DNA of 47,331 nt from Candidatus Methylomirabilis sp. (GCA_041498975.1 JBGQJI010000004.1:1-47331); one strand, 5' to 3'. Counted from the first letter of the stretch, positions 19,066 to 28,729 are shown. Made by a program: numbers and translations. Notes: a model not told the origin generated them from the letters alone.

Positions 19066-19143
19066 TCTATGGAAATCTATACCAACCTATCCCACTCTAT
19101 CCCACCGTGGCGCAACCATATATAACCCCGTTTCCCTTGTCAA
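19066..19143 (-). promoter_or_regulatory. dcw promoter (TTGACA-17-TATGGT) followed by MraZ-type 10-bp-period boxes
   Basis: Minus strand: -35 at 19138-19143, -10 at 19115-19120; then GTGGGATAGA GTGGGATAGG TTGGTATAGA TTTCCATAGA. Confidence 0.75.
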
Positions 19144-19227
19144 GAAAAATATGGAATCTTTCTCGGAAGGCGGGCCTGAGGCGTGCCGACGTGATGACTA
19201 CCTGGCGAGGGAAGTGGAGGAGCGCTG

Positions 19228-20088
19228 TTACGGGGCCTCGATCAGCGTGTTATCGATCAAGCGCGTGGACCCGAATATGACGGCGAGGGCGGCGAGCGTG
19301 GGGCCCTCAATACGATTGACCGGCTCCAGTGTCTCGGGATGGCAGAGCGCGATATAATCGATCTGTGCCAGCGGTTCGGCCTCGATCACCGCTCGCATCT
19401 CATCGAGGATGGCTTTCGCATTCCTCTCCCCTGCTCTGACGCGGGCTTCCGAAAGCCTGAGGGATCGATGAAGGACGAGCGCCGCTCTTCGCTGGTCAGG
19501 ACCAAGGCGAGCGTTACGTGAGCTCATTGCGAGGCCGTCTGGCTCCCGCACCGTCGGCAGGACGACGACGTCGAGGTCGAAGTTGAGGTCCGCCACCAGG
19601 CGCCGCACCACCACCGACTGCTGATAGTCCTTCTGCCCGAAATAGGCCCGACGCGGTGTTATCAGATTGAACAACTTTGCGACCACCGTCGTCACGCCGC
19701 GGAAGTGCCAGGGACGTGAGGCGCCACACAGTCCCGCTGTGACCTCTGAAACCTCGACGAACGTCCGGAGGCCTTTCGGGTACATGGAATCGGCGGATGG
19801 CGCGAACACCAGATCTGCGCCAACCCCCTCCGCCTTGACCAGATCGCCCTCCAGGTCCCTCGGGTAGCTGCCGAAGTCTTCCCCTTGCGCAAACTGGGTC
19901 GGGTTGACGAAGATGCTGACCACCACGACACCATTCTCCTCACGCGCCTTGCGCATGAGGGAAAGATGCCCCTCGTGAAGAAACCCCATCGTCGGCACGA
20001 ACCCGATCGTCTTGCCCGCAGATCGAAGTGACTCGCACAGATGCTGGACCGCCGACGGCTCATGAATGATCTGCACCGGTTCCCTCAC
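19228..20088 (-). CDS. panC: Pantothenate synthetase
   Basis: VPTMGFLHEGH, SIFVNPTQF, FGQKDYQQ, GLAMSSRN, RLIDN. Confidence 0.97.
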   Translation of the reverse strand: MREPVQIIHEPSAVQHLCESLRSAGKTIGFVPTMGFLHEGHLSLMRKAREENGVVVVSIFVNPTQFAQGEDFGSYPRDLEGDLVKAEGVGADLVFAPSADSMYPKGLRTFVEVSEVTAGLCGASRPWHFRGVTTVVAKLFNLITPRRAYFGQKDYQQSVVVRRLVADLNFDLDVVVLPTVREPDGLAMSSRNARLGPDQRRAALVLHRSLRLSEARVRAGERNAKAILDEMRAVIEAEPLAQIDYIALCHPETLEPVNRIEGPTLAALAVIFGSTRLIDNTLIEAP

Positions 20089-20125
20089 TCATTCTCGCGG
20101 GAGAGTTCCGCTGTTCTCCAGGTAT

Positions 20126-20161
20126 CTCGCACTTCGCACTTCGCACCCCGCACCTCGCACT
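20126..20161. repeat. Heptamer tandem array (CGCACYY)n
   Basis: cgcactt cgcactt cgcaccc cgcacct cgcac, between panB and panC. Confidence 0.85.
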
Positions 20162-20167
20162 CATCCC

Positions 20168-21010
20168 TCATTCCTCCAGCAACGCTCTTTCGGTTTCCTG
20201 ATCGAGGGAGAAGGCGTGCGCGGGACCGGGGAATCGGCCTTCGATCACCTCTTCGCGGAAGCGGCTCACGGCATCGCCGATGACCTTTGCGAGATCAGCA
20301 TACTGCTTCGTGAACTTTGGGGCAAAGCGATCGAACAAACCCAGCAGGTCGTGCGTGACGAGGACCTGGCCGTCACAGTCGTGCCCGGCGCCGATCCCGA
20401 TTGTGGGGATAGTCAACCGCTCGGTGATGATCCGGGCAAGGACGCTGGGGATCGCCTCGAGCACAATGGCGAAGGCGCCCGCCTTCTCAAGGGCTAGCGC
20501 ATCATCAAGGATGTGCCGTGCAGCGTCCAGCCGCCTCCCCTGCACCTTGAAACCTTCACGCAAGACCGCTGTTTGTGGTGTCAGCCCGACGTGGCCCATG
20601 ACCGGAATCCCCGCCTCCACGATCGCCCTCACGCTGGCCAAAGATGGAAGCCCGCGCTCGACCTTGACGCCATGAGCGAGCCCTTCCTTCACGAAGCGAC
20701 CGGCGTTCCTGACCGCCTCGGCCGGTTCGGCCTCGTACGACATGAATGGCATGTCGGCAACCACCATGGCCCGCTTGACGGCGCGTGTGACGGCCCTGGT
20801 CATCATCAGCATCTCCTCCATGGTGACCGGGATCGTGGTTTCGTACCCCAGGACCGTCATCCCACCCGAGTCGCCCACCAGGATCACATCGATCCCCGCT
20901 CTGTCCACTAGCAGGGCCATGGGGTAGTCATACGCCGTCAACATCGTGATCCTGCGCCCTTCGCGCTTCATCTCCTGCAAGGTGACCGTCCTGACCTTCT
21001 GATCGGCCAT
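20168..21010 (-). CDS. panB: 3-methyl-2-oxobutanoate hydroxymethyltransferase
   Basis: MLTAYD, ILVGDS, ADMPF, GHVGLTPQ, IGIGAG, GQVLV; SD AAGGAGG. Confidence 0.97.
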   Translation of the reverse strand: MADQKVRTVTLQEMKREGRRITMLTAYDYPMALLVDRAGIDVILVGDSGGMTVLGYETTIPVTMEEMLMMTRAVTRAVKRAMVVADMPFMSYEAEPAEAVRNAGRFVKEGLAHGVKVERGLPSLASVRAIVEAGIPVMGHVGLTPQTAVLREGFKVQGRRLDAARHILDDALALEKAGAFAIVLEAIPSVLARIITERLTIPTIGIGAGHDCDGQVLVTHDLLGLFDRFAPKFTKQYADLAKVIGDAVSRFREEVIEGRFPGPAHAFSLDQETERALLEE

Positions 21011-21067
21011 GATCGATCCCTCCTTTCTCCATTCGAACGGGAATGGGGGTTGACCGTTGCACAAACG

Positions 21068-21096
21068 AAAAAGCCCGCCGGACCGATCCGGAAGGC
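21068..21096 (-). terminator. Intrinsic terminator/attenuator in the panB leader
   Basis: Minus strand GCCttCCGGA-tcgg-TCCGGcgGGC followed by TTTTT. Confidence 0.6.
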
Positions 21097-21134
21097 CTTG
21101 GTGTGCCGTAACGACGACCGCCCTTCCCTCTACC

Positions 21135-21274
21135 GGCTTCGAGCGAATGAACCGTCTCGAGCCTGGGAACGTATCCGGCGGCGCCGTTGCGACGGCTTTC
21201 CGTCTCGGTCCCTCGTAGCCCACCAACTGAAGGGAGAATCAGTCGGCGGCGCGCTACCCGCGGGATCCAAGCGG
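21135..21274 (-). ncRNA. pan RNA motif-like leader upstream of panB
   Basis: CCG-CTTGG-A-TCCC pairs with GGGA-CCGAG-A-CGG (two bulged As) around a long inner stem; a second bulged-A hairpin lies at 21135-21163; immediately 5' of panB. Confidence 0.7.
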
Positions 21275-21898
21275 CACGTAATAATGGGTGCCTGCCCGCA
21301 CCGTCTCGACCTGCTTCACCAGGTCTTCGAAATCCTCCTTGTGCTTGACGAAGTCGATCTCGTTGGTATTGACCACCAGCAGGGGTGTCGCCGAGTAATG
21401 GAAGAAAAAATGATTGTAGGCTGCGTTCACGTCCTCCAGATATGTCCGGCCCAGCTCCCGTTCGTATGGCCTCGCGCGCGAGTGGACCCGCCGCATCAGG
21501 ACATCGGTGCTGGCCTGTAGATAGACGACGAGGTCCGGCTTCTGGACTCTCGTCTCCAGAAGCGGCTGCAGCCGCTCGTACAGGGCCAGCTCGTTGTCGT
21601 CGAGCGTAAGATAGGCGAAAATCTTATCCTTTGCAAACAGATAGTCGCTCACCAGCGATTGCTTGAAGAGGTCGAACTGGACCAGCTCCTGTTGTTGGCG
21701 GAACCGGTTCAAGAGGAAATAGAGCTGCGTCTGAAAGGCGTAGCGACGCATGTCGGAGTAGAATTGGGAGAGAAACGGATTCTCCTCGGGACCCTCCAAC
21801 AGCTTCCTGGCCTGCAACCGCTCGGCCAGCAACTCAGCGAAGCTCGTCTTGCCGACGCCGATCGGGCCCTCGACGACAATGTAGCGAGAATTGACCAT
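21254..21898 (-). CDS. Deoxynucleoside kinase family protein
   Basis: VEGPIGVGKT, NPFL..FY, AFQTQLYFLLNR, PDLVVYLQA; folK-dNK-panB synteny. Confidence 0.92.
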   Translation of the reverse strand: MVNSRYIVVEGPIGVGKTSFAELLAERLQARKLLEGPEENPFLSQFYSDMRRYAFQTQLYFLLNRFRQQQELVQFDLFKQSLVSDYLFAKDKIFAYLTLDDNELALYERLQPLLETRVQKPDLVVYLQASTDVLMRRVHSRARPYERELGRTYLEDVNAAYNHFFFHYSATPLLVVNTNEIDFVKHKEDFEDLVKQVETVRAGTHYYVPLGSRG

Positions 21899-21919
21899 GG
21901 CGGCGCTATGAGACCCGGC

Positions 21920-22438
21920 CTACCTCGCCGGAGCGGGATCTCCTGCCCGCACCAGCAATCGAATCGCTGAGGGATCGTCGAGCCGCCCGAGCAATTCCCG
22001 CATCGTCATACCCAGGCGCGGGTGGCGAAGATCCGGATCGAGCTCGCAGAGCGGCACCAGAGCGAACCGCCGTTGGTGCAGGCGGGGGTGGGGCAAGATG
22101 AAATCCGGCCGCTCCACCACTTGCGAGCCGACGAGCAACAAGTCAAGGTCGATGCTCCGGTCTTCGCCACGTGCCATGGACGCCGCACGCCCCATGGCCC
22201 GCTCGATCCGCAGCAGCTCTTGGAGCAACGCCTCCGGCGGCAACGTCGTCTCCGCGGAAACCACCCCATTGACGAACCACCCCCCCGACGCCGGCGGGAC
22301 CGGAGCGCTCTCGTAGAGCGATGAGATGCGAACCACCGCAATCCCGGGGACGCGAGAGATGGCTTCGGTAGCCTGGTAACAGTGATGCACCCGGTCACCC
22401 AGGTTGGATCCGATCCCGATATAGGCGCGCTCACTCAT
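21920..22438 (-). CDS. folK: 2-amino-4-hydroxy-6-hydroxymethyldihydropteridine pyrophosphokinase
   Basis: YIGIGSNLGDR, SSLYES, RSIDLDLL, LPHPRLHQRRFAL. Confidence 0.95.
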   Translation of the reverse strand: MSERAYIGIGSNLGDRVHHCYQATEAISRVPGIAVVRISSLYESAPVPPASGGWFVNGVVSAETTLPPEALLQELLRIERAMGRAASMARGEDRSIDLDLLLVGSQVVERPDFILPHPRLHQRRFALVPLCELDPDLRHPRLGMTMRELLGRLDDPSAIRLLVRAGDPAPAR

Positions 22439-22447
22439 GGTTGTGAA

Positions 22448-22490
22448 AGGTGTTAGGGTTGAGGGTATAGGGTTCAGGGGCTGAACCCAG
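22448..22490. repeat. Short heptamer array (AGGGTNN)n
   Basis: aggtgtt agggttg agggtat agggttc aggggct, between dapL and folK. Confidence 0.7.
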
Positions 22491-22521
22491 TGCCTTATAG
22501 GAACCTTTGCCACCTTCTTAC

Positions 22522-23703
22522 CTAGTGGAGCATCAGGTCCGAGGAGGCGATCCGCTCCACTGCCTCCCTGACCCTGGGGACATCGACGGTAAGGGCCGCT
22601 CGAATGTATCCCTCGCCGTGCCTGCCAAAACCGGTTCCGGGCGTCATGACGATTCCAACCTTCGAGAGAAGCGCGGAGGCGAACGAGGCGGAGGTGTGCC
22701 CCTCCGGGACCCTGATCCAGACGTAAAAAGTCGCCTTGGGGCGATCCACCGTGAACCCTAGCTTTGACAGACCATCCACGAGGGCGTCGCGACGCTCCTT
22801 GTAGATGGCCCGCATCGCCTCCACGCAGTCCTGCGGGCCGGTCAGGGCGGCGATCGCGGCCTCCTGGACCGCTTGGAAGACCCCGGAGTCCAGGTTGGTC
22901 TTGATGCGGCCCAGTCCCGCGAGAATCTCGCGGCATCCGACGGCAAAGCCGATCCGCCACCCGGTCATGTTATAGGTCTTGGAGAGGGAATGGTACTCGA
23001 TCGCCACCTCCTTGGCCCCCTCCACTGCCAGGAGGCTGTCCGGGAGATACCCATCGAATGCCATCTCCGAATACGCGGCATCATGGCAGAGAATCAGCCG
23101 GTGCGTCCGAGCAAAGGCGACCGCCTCGGCAAAGAAGGCCCTCGGTGCCACAGCGGCCGTCGGGTTGTTCGGATAATTCAGGAACAGGATGCGTGCCTTC
23201 CTGAGCACCTCTGCCGGGATCGCCTGGAGATCCGGAAGGAAGCCGCGTTCACGCACAAGGGGCATGAAGTAGGGAAGCCCTTCGGCAAAGATGGTCCCTG
23301 CCTGATAGACTGGATAGCCGGGATCGGGAATGAGGACGACATCGCCTGGATCCACGAAGGCAAGGGGGATGTGGCCGATCCCCTCTTTGGACCCGATGAG
23401 GCTGAGCACCTCGGTCCCGGGATCAAGGGTCACGCCGAACCGTTTGCTGTACCAATCGGCCGCCGCCTGCCGGAAGCTCAACATCCCTTCGTACGAGGGA
23501 TACTGATGGTTCCGCCTGTCGGCCGCAGCCTCCTGCAGCTTCTTCACGATGTGCGGCGGCGTGGGCAGGTCCGGGTCGCCGATCCCCAGATTGATGATAT
23601 CCATCCCGCGCTGGATGGCTTCCTGCTTCAGCCGGTCGACTTCGGCGAAGAGATAGGGAGGCAGCTTCGCAAGCCGTTGCGCCAGGGCGAAGGGTTGTCC
23701 CAT
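22522..23703 (-). CDS. dapL: LL-diaminopimelate aminotransferase (class I/II PLP enzyme)
   Basis: LPPYLF, LIGSKEG, NYPNNPT, HDAAY, SLSKTYNMTGWRIG; lies within the dap cluster. Confidence 0.85.
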   Translation of the reverse strand: MGQPFALAQRLAKLPPYLFAEVDRLKQEAIQRGMDIINLGIGDPDLPTPPHIVKKLQEAAADRRNHQYPSYEGMLSFRQAAADWYSKRFGVTLDPGTEVLSLIGSKEGIGHIPLAFVDPGDVVLIPDPGYPVYQAGTIFAEGLPYFMPLVRERGFLPDLQAIPAEVLRKARILFLNYPNNPTAAVAPRAFFAEAVAFARTHRLILCHDAAYSEMAFDGYLPDSLLAVEGAKEVAIEYHSLSKTYNMTGWRIGFAVGCREILAGLGRIKTNLDSGVFQAVQEAAIAALTGPQDCVEAMRAIYKERRDALVDGLSKLGFTVDRPKATFYVWIRVPEGHTSASFASALLSKVGIVMTPGTGFGRHGEGYIRAALTVDVPRVREAVERIASSDLMLH

Positions 23704-23771
23704 CTATTCCTCGTCTGCTCCGCAGATCCGAATCGGCGACTGCGAAAGGAAGCCTCCGCGAACGAGACCCT

Positions 23772-24530
23772 TCATTCGCGGACGACCGTATTCCTGAGTC
23801 GGCCAATCCCCTCGATCTCGATCTCGATGGTATCGCCAGGCTGCATCGGACCGACGCCGGAGGGGGTGCCGGCAGCGATGACGTCTCCAGGGTGAAGCGT
23901 CATCACCGTGGAGATGAAATGGATCAGATACGGAACGTCGAAGATATAGTTATTGATATTCGATTCCTGGCGGATTACCCCGTTCAGGTACGCGCGGAAC
24001 TGGACATCGGATAAGTCCAGCTCGGTTTCGATCCAGGGCCCGAAGGGAGCGAAGGTGTCAAACGATTTGCCACGGGTCCATTGTCCATCCTTCCGTTGCA
24101 GGTCCCGCGCGGTCACGTCGTTGAAGCAGACATACCCAAGGACGTAGCGTAACGCCTTCTCGGCCGGAACTGCTCTGGCCGTCCGCTTCATGACGATGCC
24201 CAGCTCCGCCTCATAATCCAGCCGCGCGCACGATTTCGGATAGACGATCTTGCCAAGGTGGGGGAGGGCCGCTGTCGGCGGCTTCAAGAAGATGATCGGC
24301 TCTTCGGGCAACTCATGCTGCATCTCAGCGATGTGATCCCGGTTGTTCAACCCCACTGCCACGATCTTGGAGGGTTGGGTCGGCGCCAGGAACCTGATCC
24401 GCTTCAACGAATGCTGCTTCTTCGTCACGGAGAACTTCCCGAAGATGTCGCCCCGAATCTCCCGGACGATGCCGTCCTCTGCCAGGCCGTACTTCGGTTC
24501 TTTGCGGACCGCAAATCGCACAATCCTCAT
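23772..24530 (-). CDS. Fumarylacetoacetate hydrolase family protein
   Basis: KIVAVGLN, IFLKP, DYEAEL, NDVTARD, KSFDTF, GTPSGVG. Confidence 0.92.
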   Translation of the reverse strand: MRIVRFAVRKEPKYGLAEDGIVREIRGDIFGKFSVTKKQHSLKRIRFLAPTQPSKIVAVGLNNRDHIAEMQHELPEEPIIFLKPPTAALPHLGKIVYPKSCARLDYEAELGIVMKRTARAVPAEKALRYVLGYVCFNDVTARDLQRKDGQWTRGKSFDTFAPFGPWIETELDLSDVQFRAYLNGVIRQESNINNYIFDVPYLIHFISTVMTLHPGDVIAAGTPSGVGPMQPGDTIEIEIEGIGRLRNTVVRE

Positions 24531-24572
24531 GGATGTGGTTCCCTAAGCCCTCTCTGAGCCTTCGTGCTGGAA

Positions 24573-24648
24573 AGCTGTCGGCTTACAGCTTTCAGTTCTT
24601 ATGTTCGAGCTGAGAGCTGAAGGCTGATTGCTAGGTGCTGAACGCTTA
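24573..24648. repeat. Degenerate heptamer array (GCTGANN)n
   Basis: gctgaga gctgaag gctgatt gctaggt gctgaac gctta; reaches the dapB stop. Confidence 0.7.
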
Positions 24649-25458
24649 CCCTCTCCCCTTCAGCCCGAGCACATCCTGCATATCATACAGGCCTGGCCGC
24701 CGCCCGATGACCCACCGGGCCGCCCGGAGCGCGCCGCGAGCAAAATTATCTCGGCTGTGAGCCCTGTGCGTGACCTCGATCCTCTCTCCCATGCCGCCAA
24801 AGAGCACCGTATGTTCGCCGACCACGTCGCCGGCCCGAAGGGCATGGATGGCGATCTCTTCCTTCCCCCGCTCTCCGACCAATCCCTTTCGACCGTAGAT
24901 CCCCGTCTTGTCCAGGTCACGGCCCAGCGCCTTCGCGATCACCTGCGCCATCCTGAGGGCTGTCCCGCTGGGCGCGTCCTTTTTGAAGCGGTGATGGGTC
25001 TCGGAGACCTCGATATCGTAATCGCTTCCCAGAACGGCGGCGATCTCCGCCAACACCTTGAACAACACGTTGACCCCCACGCTCATATTAGGGGAGAGGA
25101 CGCAGGCAATCTCCGCGCTCGACACCTCTATCCTCTTCAAGTCGGCCGCGCTGAAACCGGTGGTCCCGAGGACCATGGGCACCTTGGCCTGGGCCGCAAG
25201 CGCGACGTGGGCGACGGCGGCCTCCGGCGCGGTGAAGTCGAAGACGACCTGTCCCTCTCTTACCACGGAGCGGAGGTCCCCGGCAACGTTGATGCCGATC
25301 TTGCCTACTCCGGCAAGTTCCCCGGCATCCTTGCCGAGGCCCGGATGGCCTGGTCGTTCCACCGCCCCGGCGAGGGCGAAATCATCCGCTTCATGAACCA
25401 TGGCCACGATCCGGCCACCCATCCGGCCGGCCGCCCCGCAGACAATGGCGCGTATCAT
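24646..25458 (-). CDS. dapB: 4-hydroxy-tetrahydrodipicolinate reductase
   Basis: GAAGRMG, DFT, GTTG, NMSVG, ETHHRFKKDAPSGTA. Confidence 0.96.
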   Translation of the reverse strand: MIRAIVCGAAGRMGGRIVAMVHEADDFALAGAVERPGHPGLGKDAGELAGVGKIGINVAGDLRSVVREGQVVFDFTAPEAAVAHVALAAQAKVPMVLGTTGFSAADLKRIEVSSAEIACVLSPNMSVGVNVLFKVLAEIAAVLGSDYDIEVSETHHRFKKDAPSGTALRMAQVIAKALGRDLDKTGIYGRKGLVGERGKEEIAIHALRAGDVVGEHTVLFGGMGERIEVTHRAHSRDNFARGALRAARWVIGRRPGLYDMQDVLGLKGRG

Positions 25459-25481
25459 ACAGCCCCCTAGGGTGAAAACCG

Positions 25482-25508
25482 AGGGTTTAGGGTATAGGGG
25501 CAGGGCTG
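25482..25508. repeat. Short heptamer array (AGGGTNT)n
   Basis: agggttt agggtat aggggc agggct, between dapA and dapB. Confidence 0.6.
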
Positions 25509-25519
25509 AATGCACCAAC

Positions 25520-26404
25520 TCACCCGATCAGGCCATAGGCCCGCATCGCGGCCTTCAGCCTGTTGAGGTTGGCCTCGCTCATCGGGCAGAGGGGCAGGCG
25601 AAGCTCCCCGCCGATCATCCCCATGAGGGCCATGGCTGTCTTCACCGGGATCGGGTTCGTCTCGGTGAACATCGCCTGGCAGAGGGGGAAGAGCTTCAGG
25701 TGCACTTCCCTGGCGCGCTTCCAGTCACCGTTGAGGAAGGCCCGGGTCAGGTCAGCCACATCGCGTGGCACGATGTTCGCGACCACTGAGATCACGCCTC
25801 GTCCCCCCACCGCCATCAGCGGCAGGGTCAAGGTGTCATCCCCTGACAGGAATGAGAGCTTGTCACCGCACAAGACGATGTCCTGGGTCATCTGCTCAAG
25901 GTTGCCGGTCGCCTCCTTCATTCCGACGATGTACGGATGATCTGCCAGCGCGGCCAGCGTCTCAGGGAGCATGTTGATCCCCGTCCGCCCTGGGATATTG
26001 TAGAGGATCAGCGGCAGCTCCGCCGCGTCGGCCACCGCGCGACAGTGCGCGATCAGCCCCTGCTGGGTCGGCTTGTTGTAGTAGGGCAGGACCAGGAGGG
26101 CGCCGTCAACCCCGGCCTTTTTGGCGTAGCGCGTGAGATCGATCGCTTCGGCCGTGCTGTTCGAGCCGGTCCCGGCGACGACCGGGATCCGCTTGTTCGC
26201 CGCTTCCACCGCGAGCTCGATCACCCTCCTGTGCTCGTCATGGCTCAGCGTCGGCGACTCCCCCGTCGTCCCGCAGGGAACCAGGACATCGGTGCCGTGC
26301 TTGATGTGGAACTCGACAAGCTCCCGGATCTTCCCCTCGTCAACTCGTCCGCCTTTGAAGGGGGTCACCATCGCCACGCACGAACCCTGAAACACTCTTT
26401 TCAT
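25520..26404 (-). CDS. dapA: 4-hydroxy-tetrahydrodipicolinate synthase
   Basis: GTTGES, AGTGSN, YYNKP, LYNIPGRTG, KEATG, ETNPIPVK. Confidence 0.97.
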   Translation of the reverse strand: MKRVFQGSCVAMVTPFKGGRVDEGKIRELVEFHIKHGTDVLVPCGTTGESPTLSHDEHRRVIELAVEAANKRIPVVAGTGSNSTAEAIDLTRYAKKAGVDGALLVLPYYNKPTQQGLIAHCRAVADAAELPLILYNIPGRTGINMLPETLAALADHPYIVGMKEATGNLEQMTQDIVLCGDKLSFLSGDDTLTLPLMAVGGRGVISVVANIVPRDVADLTRAFLNGDWKRAREVHLKLFPLCQAMFTETNPIPVKTAMALMGMIGGELRLPLCPMSEANLNRLKAAMRAYGLIG

Positions 26405-26423
26405 GCCGCCCTCCTCTAAAGCC

Positions 26424-26522
26424 GTTCCAGGTTCCGAGTTCCGGGTTCCAGGTTACGAATGTGGAACTTGGCGATTTGAACTTGGAACCTCACCTGGAAC
26501 CTCGCACTTCGCACCCCGCACT
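26424..26522. repeat. Composite heptamer array (GTTCCNG)n...(GGAACYT)n plus (CGCACYY)n
   Basis: gttccag gttccga gttccgg gttccag ... ggaactt ... ggaacct ... cgcactt cgcaccc cgcac. Confidence 0.88.
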
Positions 26523-27345
26523 ACTCTTTGAGCGCCTCCTCCATCAGTTCGCCCTGATAAATCAGGCGAACCTCCCCGTCGAAAAAGACCTCCCGAAACT
26601 CCGGCCCGCCGCCGGCGAAGTGGACGGTGAGCGTCTCGCCGCTCCTGACCTTCACCTGGACCGGAGACGAAACCAGCCCCAAGCTGGCCGCCACGAGCGC
26701 CGACGCGACGGCCCCCGTGCCGCACGCGAGCGTCTCATCCTCGACACCGCGCTCGTAGGTCCGAATGGCGAGTCCCCGCGAGTTGAGCACGGCGGCAAAA
26801 TCGATATTGGTTCCCGCCGGCTGGAAGGCCGGATGAAACCGGATCTGGCGCCCCAGAGCCCGGACCGCCACCTCCTCCAGGTCCGAGCAAAGGATGACAG
26901 CATGGGGGACACCCGTATTGATGCTGTGGACTTGGTGAACGACGCCATCCACTTGAATCGATTGGCGCAGCCGGAGGTCGCGAGGTGGACTTATCTGGAG
27001 CTTGACCAGGGAGCCGTCCACCTCGGCTCGGATGATCCCGGCCAGGGTTTCAAAGGCCATCCGAGGTCCAGCGATCCCCAGCATCTCGGCAAACCTCGCG
27101 ACGCAGCGGCCCCCATTGCCGCACATCTCGGGCTCGCTGCCGTCGGCATTGAAGATCCGCATTCTGAAATCCGCCTTGGAAGAGCGCTCCACCAAAATCA
27201 CGCCATCTGCGCCCACCGACATCCCGCGCCGGCAGATCCGCGCGGCCAGTGTTCTCGGCTCGATCTCCAATCCACCGTTGCGGTTGTCGATCATGACGAA
27301 ATCGTTCCCGCTTCCGCTCATCTTATAGAAGCTCAGCTTCTTCAT
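26521..27345 (-). CDS. dapF: Diaminopimelate epimerase
   Basis: KMSGSGNDF, NADGSEPEMCGNG, GVPH, ERGVEDETLACGTG. Confidence 0.96.
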   Translation of the reverse strand: MKKLSFYKMSGSGNDFVMIDNRNGGLEIEPRTLAARICRRGMSVGADGVILVERSSKADFRMRIFNADGSEPEMCGNGGRCVARFAEMLGIAGPRMAFETLAGIIRAEVDGSLVKLQISPPRDLRLRQSIQVDGVVHQVHSINTGVPHAVILCSDLEEVAVRALGRQIRFHPAFQPAGTNIDFAAVLNSRGLAIRTYERGVEDETLACGTGAVASALVAASLGLVSSPVQVKVRSGETLTVHFAGGGPEFREVFFDGEVRLIYQGELMEEALKE

Positions 27346-27366
27346 GCCCTTTCGTTCCTCAGCATC

Positions 27367-27401
27367 TTGCACCTCACACTTCGCACCCCACACCTCGCAC
27401 T
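27367..27401. repeat. Heptamer array (CGCAC/CACAC-YY)n
   Basis: tgcacct cacactt cgcaccc cacacct cgcact, between lysA and dapF. Confidence 0.75.
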
Positions 27402-27407
27402 ATTCTT

Positions 27408-28664
27408 TTATAGATCCGGCGGAATCCATTCACCGCGGATCAGGTCCTCGTAACTTTCCCGCTCCCTGATTGTGAAGTAGCGATCTCCCTTCACCAGGAT
27501 CTCCGGTGGTCGGGGTCGGCTGTTGTAGTTCGACGACATCGTGTAGCCATAGGCGCCAGCGCTCATCACCACCAGGAGCTCACCGGGCTCTGCGACCGGC
27601 ATAGGCCGGTCCTTGGCCAGGAAATCTCCCGACTCGCAGACAGGGCCCACCACATCGGCCACCACCGTTTCCCTGCCATCCTTCCGCCTGGCAGGAAGGA
27701 TGGAATGGTATGACCCGTAGAGGCTCGGACGAATCAGGTCGTTCATCCCGGCATCGACCACGATGAAATGCTTGGCGGGCGTACGCTTGTCGTACAGCAC
27801 CCTGGTCACCAGAACCCCCGCATTGCCCGCGATCACGCGCCCCGGCTCCAGCACGATGGTGCACCCAAGGTCCTTGACCACCGCAATCAGCGCCTCCGCG
27901 AAGACCCGCGGCACAGGAGGATCCTCGTCCTTGTAGGTGATCCCCAAGCCCCCGCCGACATCGAGGTAGTCGATGGTGAAGCCCTGATGCCGAAGCGTGG
28001 CGATCAGCTCGACGATCTTGACCAAGCCCTCCACAAAGGGAGCGACCTCAGTGATCTGGGATCCGATGTGCTGGTGCACCCCAACGACCTGGATATGGGG
28101 CAGCTCTCTCGCAACCCGATACTCCTCCAGAGCAACCGAGATGTCGATGCCGAACTTGCTCTTCCTGAGCCCGGTGGAGATATACGGGTGGGTGTTGGGA
28201 TCGACGTCCGGATTGATCCGGAGAGCCACCCTCGCCTTCACCCCCATTGAGCCCGCAACCTCGTCGAGCAGGCGGAGCTCCTGAGGAGACTCCACGTTGA
28301 ACATCAGGATATCGGACTTCAAGGCGAAGTCCATCTCGTCCCTGGTCTTCCCTACCCCGGCAAAAACGATCCGGCGCGACGGGATGCCGGCCTTCAGGGC
28401 GCGGTAGAGCTCCCCGCCCGATACCACGTCGGCCCCGCCACCCATGTCGGCGAATAATTTCAGTGTCGCCAGGTTCGAGTTGGCCTTCACCGCAAAGCAG
28501 ACCAGGTGGGGAATGCCGGCGAACGCCTGATCGAACACCCGGAAGTGATGCGTGAGCGTGGCATGGCTATAGAGATAGAACGGGGTGCCGACCTCGTCCG
28601 CGATCCGGTCGATCGGCACCTCCTCGCACATGAACTGGTCGCCACGATACTGAAAATGATGCAT
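27408..28664 (-). CDS. lysA: Diaminopimelate decarboxylase
   Basis: FAVKAN (PLP lysine), HIGSQ, DVGGG, EPGR, GPVCESGD, GAYG..MSSNYN. Confidence 0.97.
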   Translation of the reverse strand: MHHFQYRGDQFMCEEVPIDRIADEVGTPFYLYSHATLTHHFRVFDQAFAGIPHLVCFAVKANSNLATLKLFADMGGGADVVSGGELYRALKAGIPSRRIVFAGVGKTRDEMDFALKSDILMFNVESPQELRLLDEVAGSMGVKARVALRINPDVDPNTHPYISTGLRKSKFGIDISVALEEYRVARELPHIQVVGVHQHIGSQITEVAPFVEGLVKIVELIATLRHQGFTIDYLDVGGGLGITYKDEDPPVPRVFAEALIAVVKDLGCTIVLEPGRVIAGNAGVLVTRVLYDKRTPAKHFIVVDAGMNDLIRPSLYGSYHSILPARRKDGRETVVADVVGPVCESGDFLAKDRPMPVAEPGELLVVMSAGAYGYTMSSNYNSRPRPPEILVKGDRYFTIRERESYEDLIRGEWIPPDL

Positions 28665-28729
28665 TCGTATCTCCTTCAGGAGGTCACGCAGAATTCTGAC
28701 ATAGCGAAGAGAGGGTGTCAAAAGGAAAG
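28375..28729 (-). repeat. Direct repeat copy 1: lysA promoter plus first ~97 codons
   Basis: Aligns with 34489-34847; mismatches are mostly synonymous. Confidence 0.9.
28693..28721 (-). promoter_or_regulatory. Putative sigma70 promoter of lysA
   Basis: TTGACA-17 nt-CAGAAT, with TG upstream of the -10; the boxes are conserved in the second copy. Confidence 0.6.
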
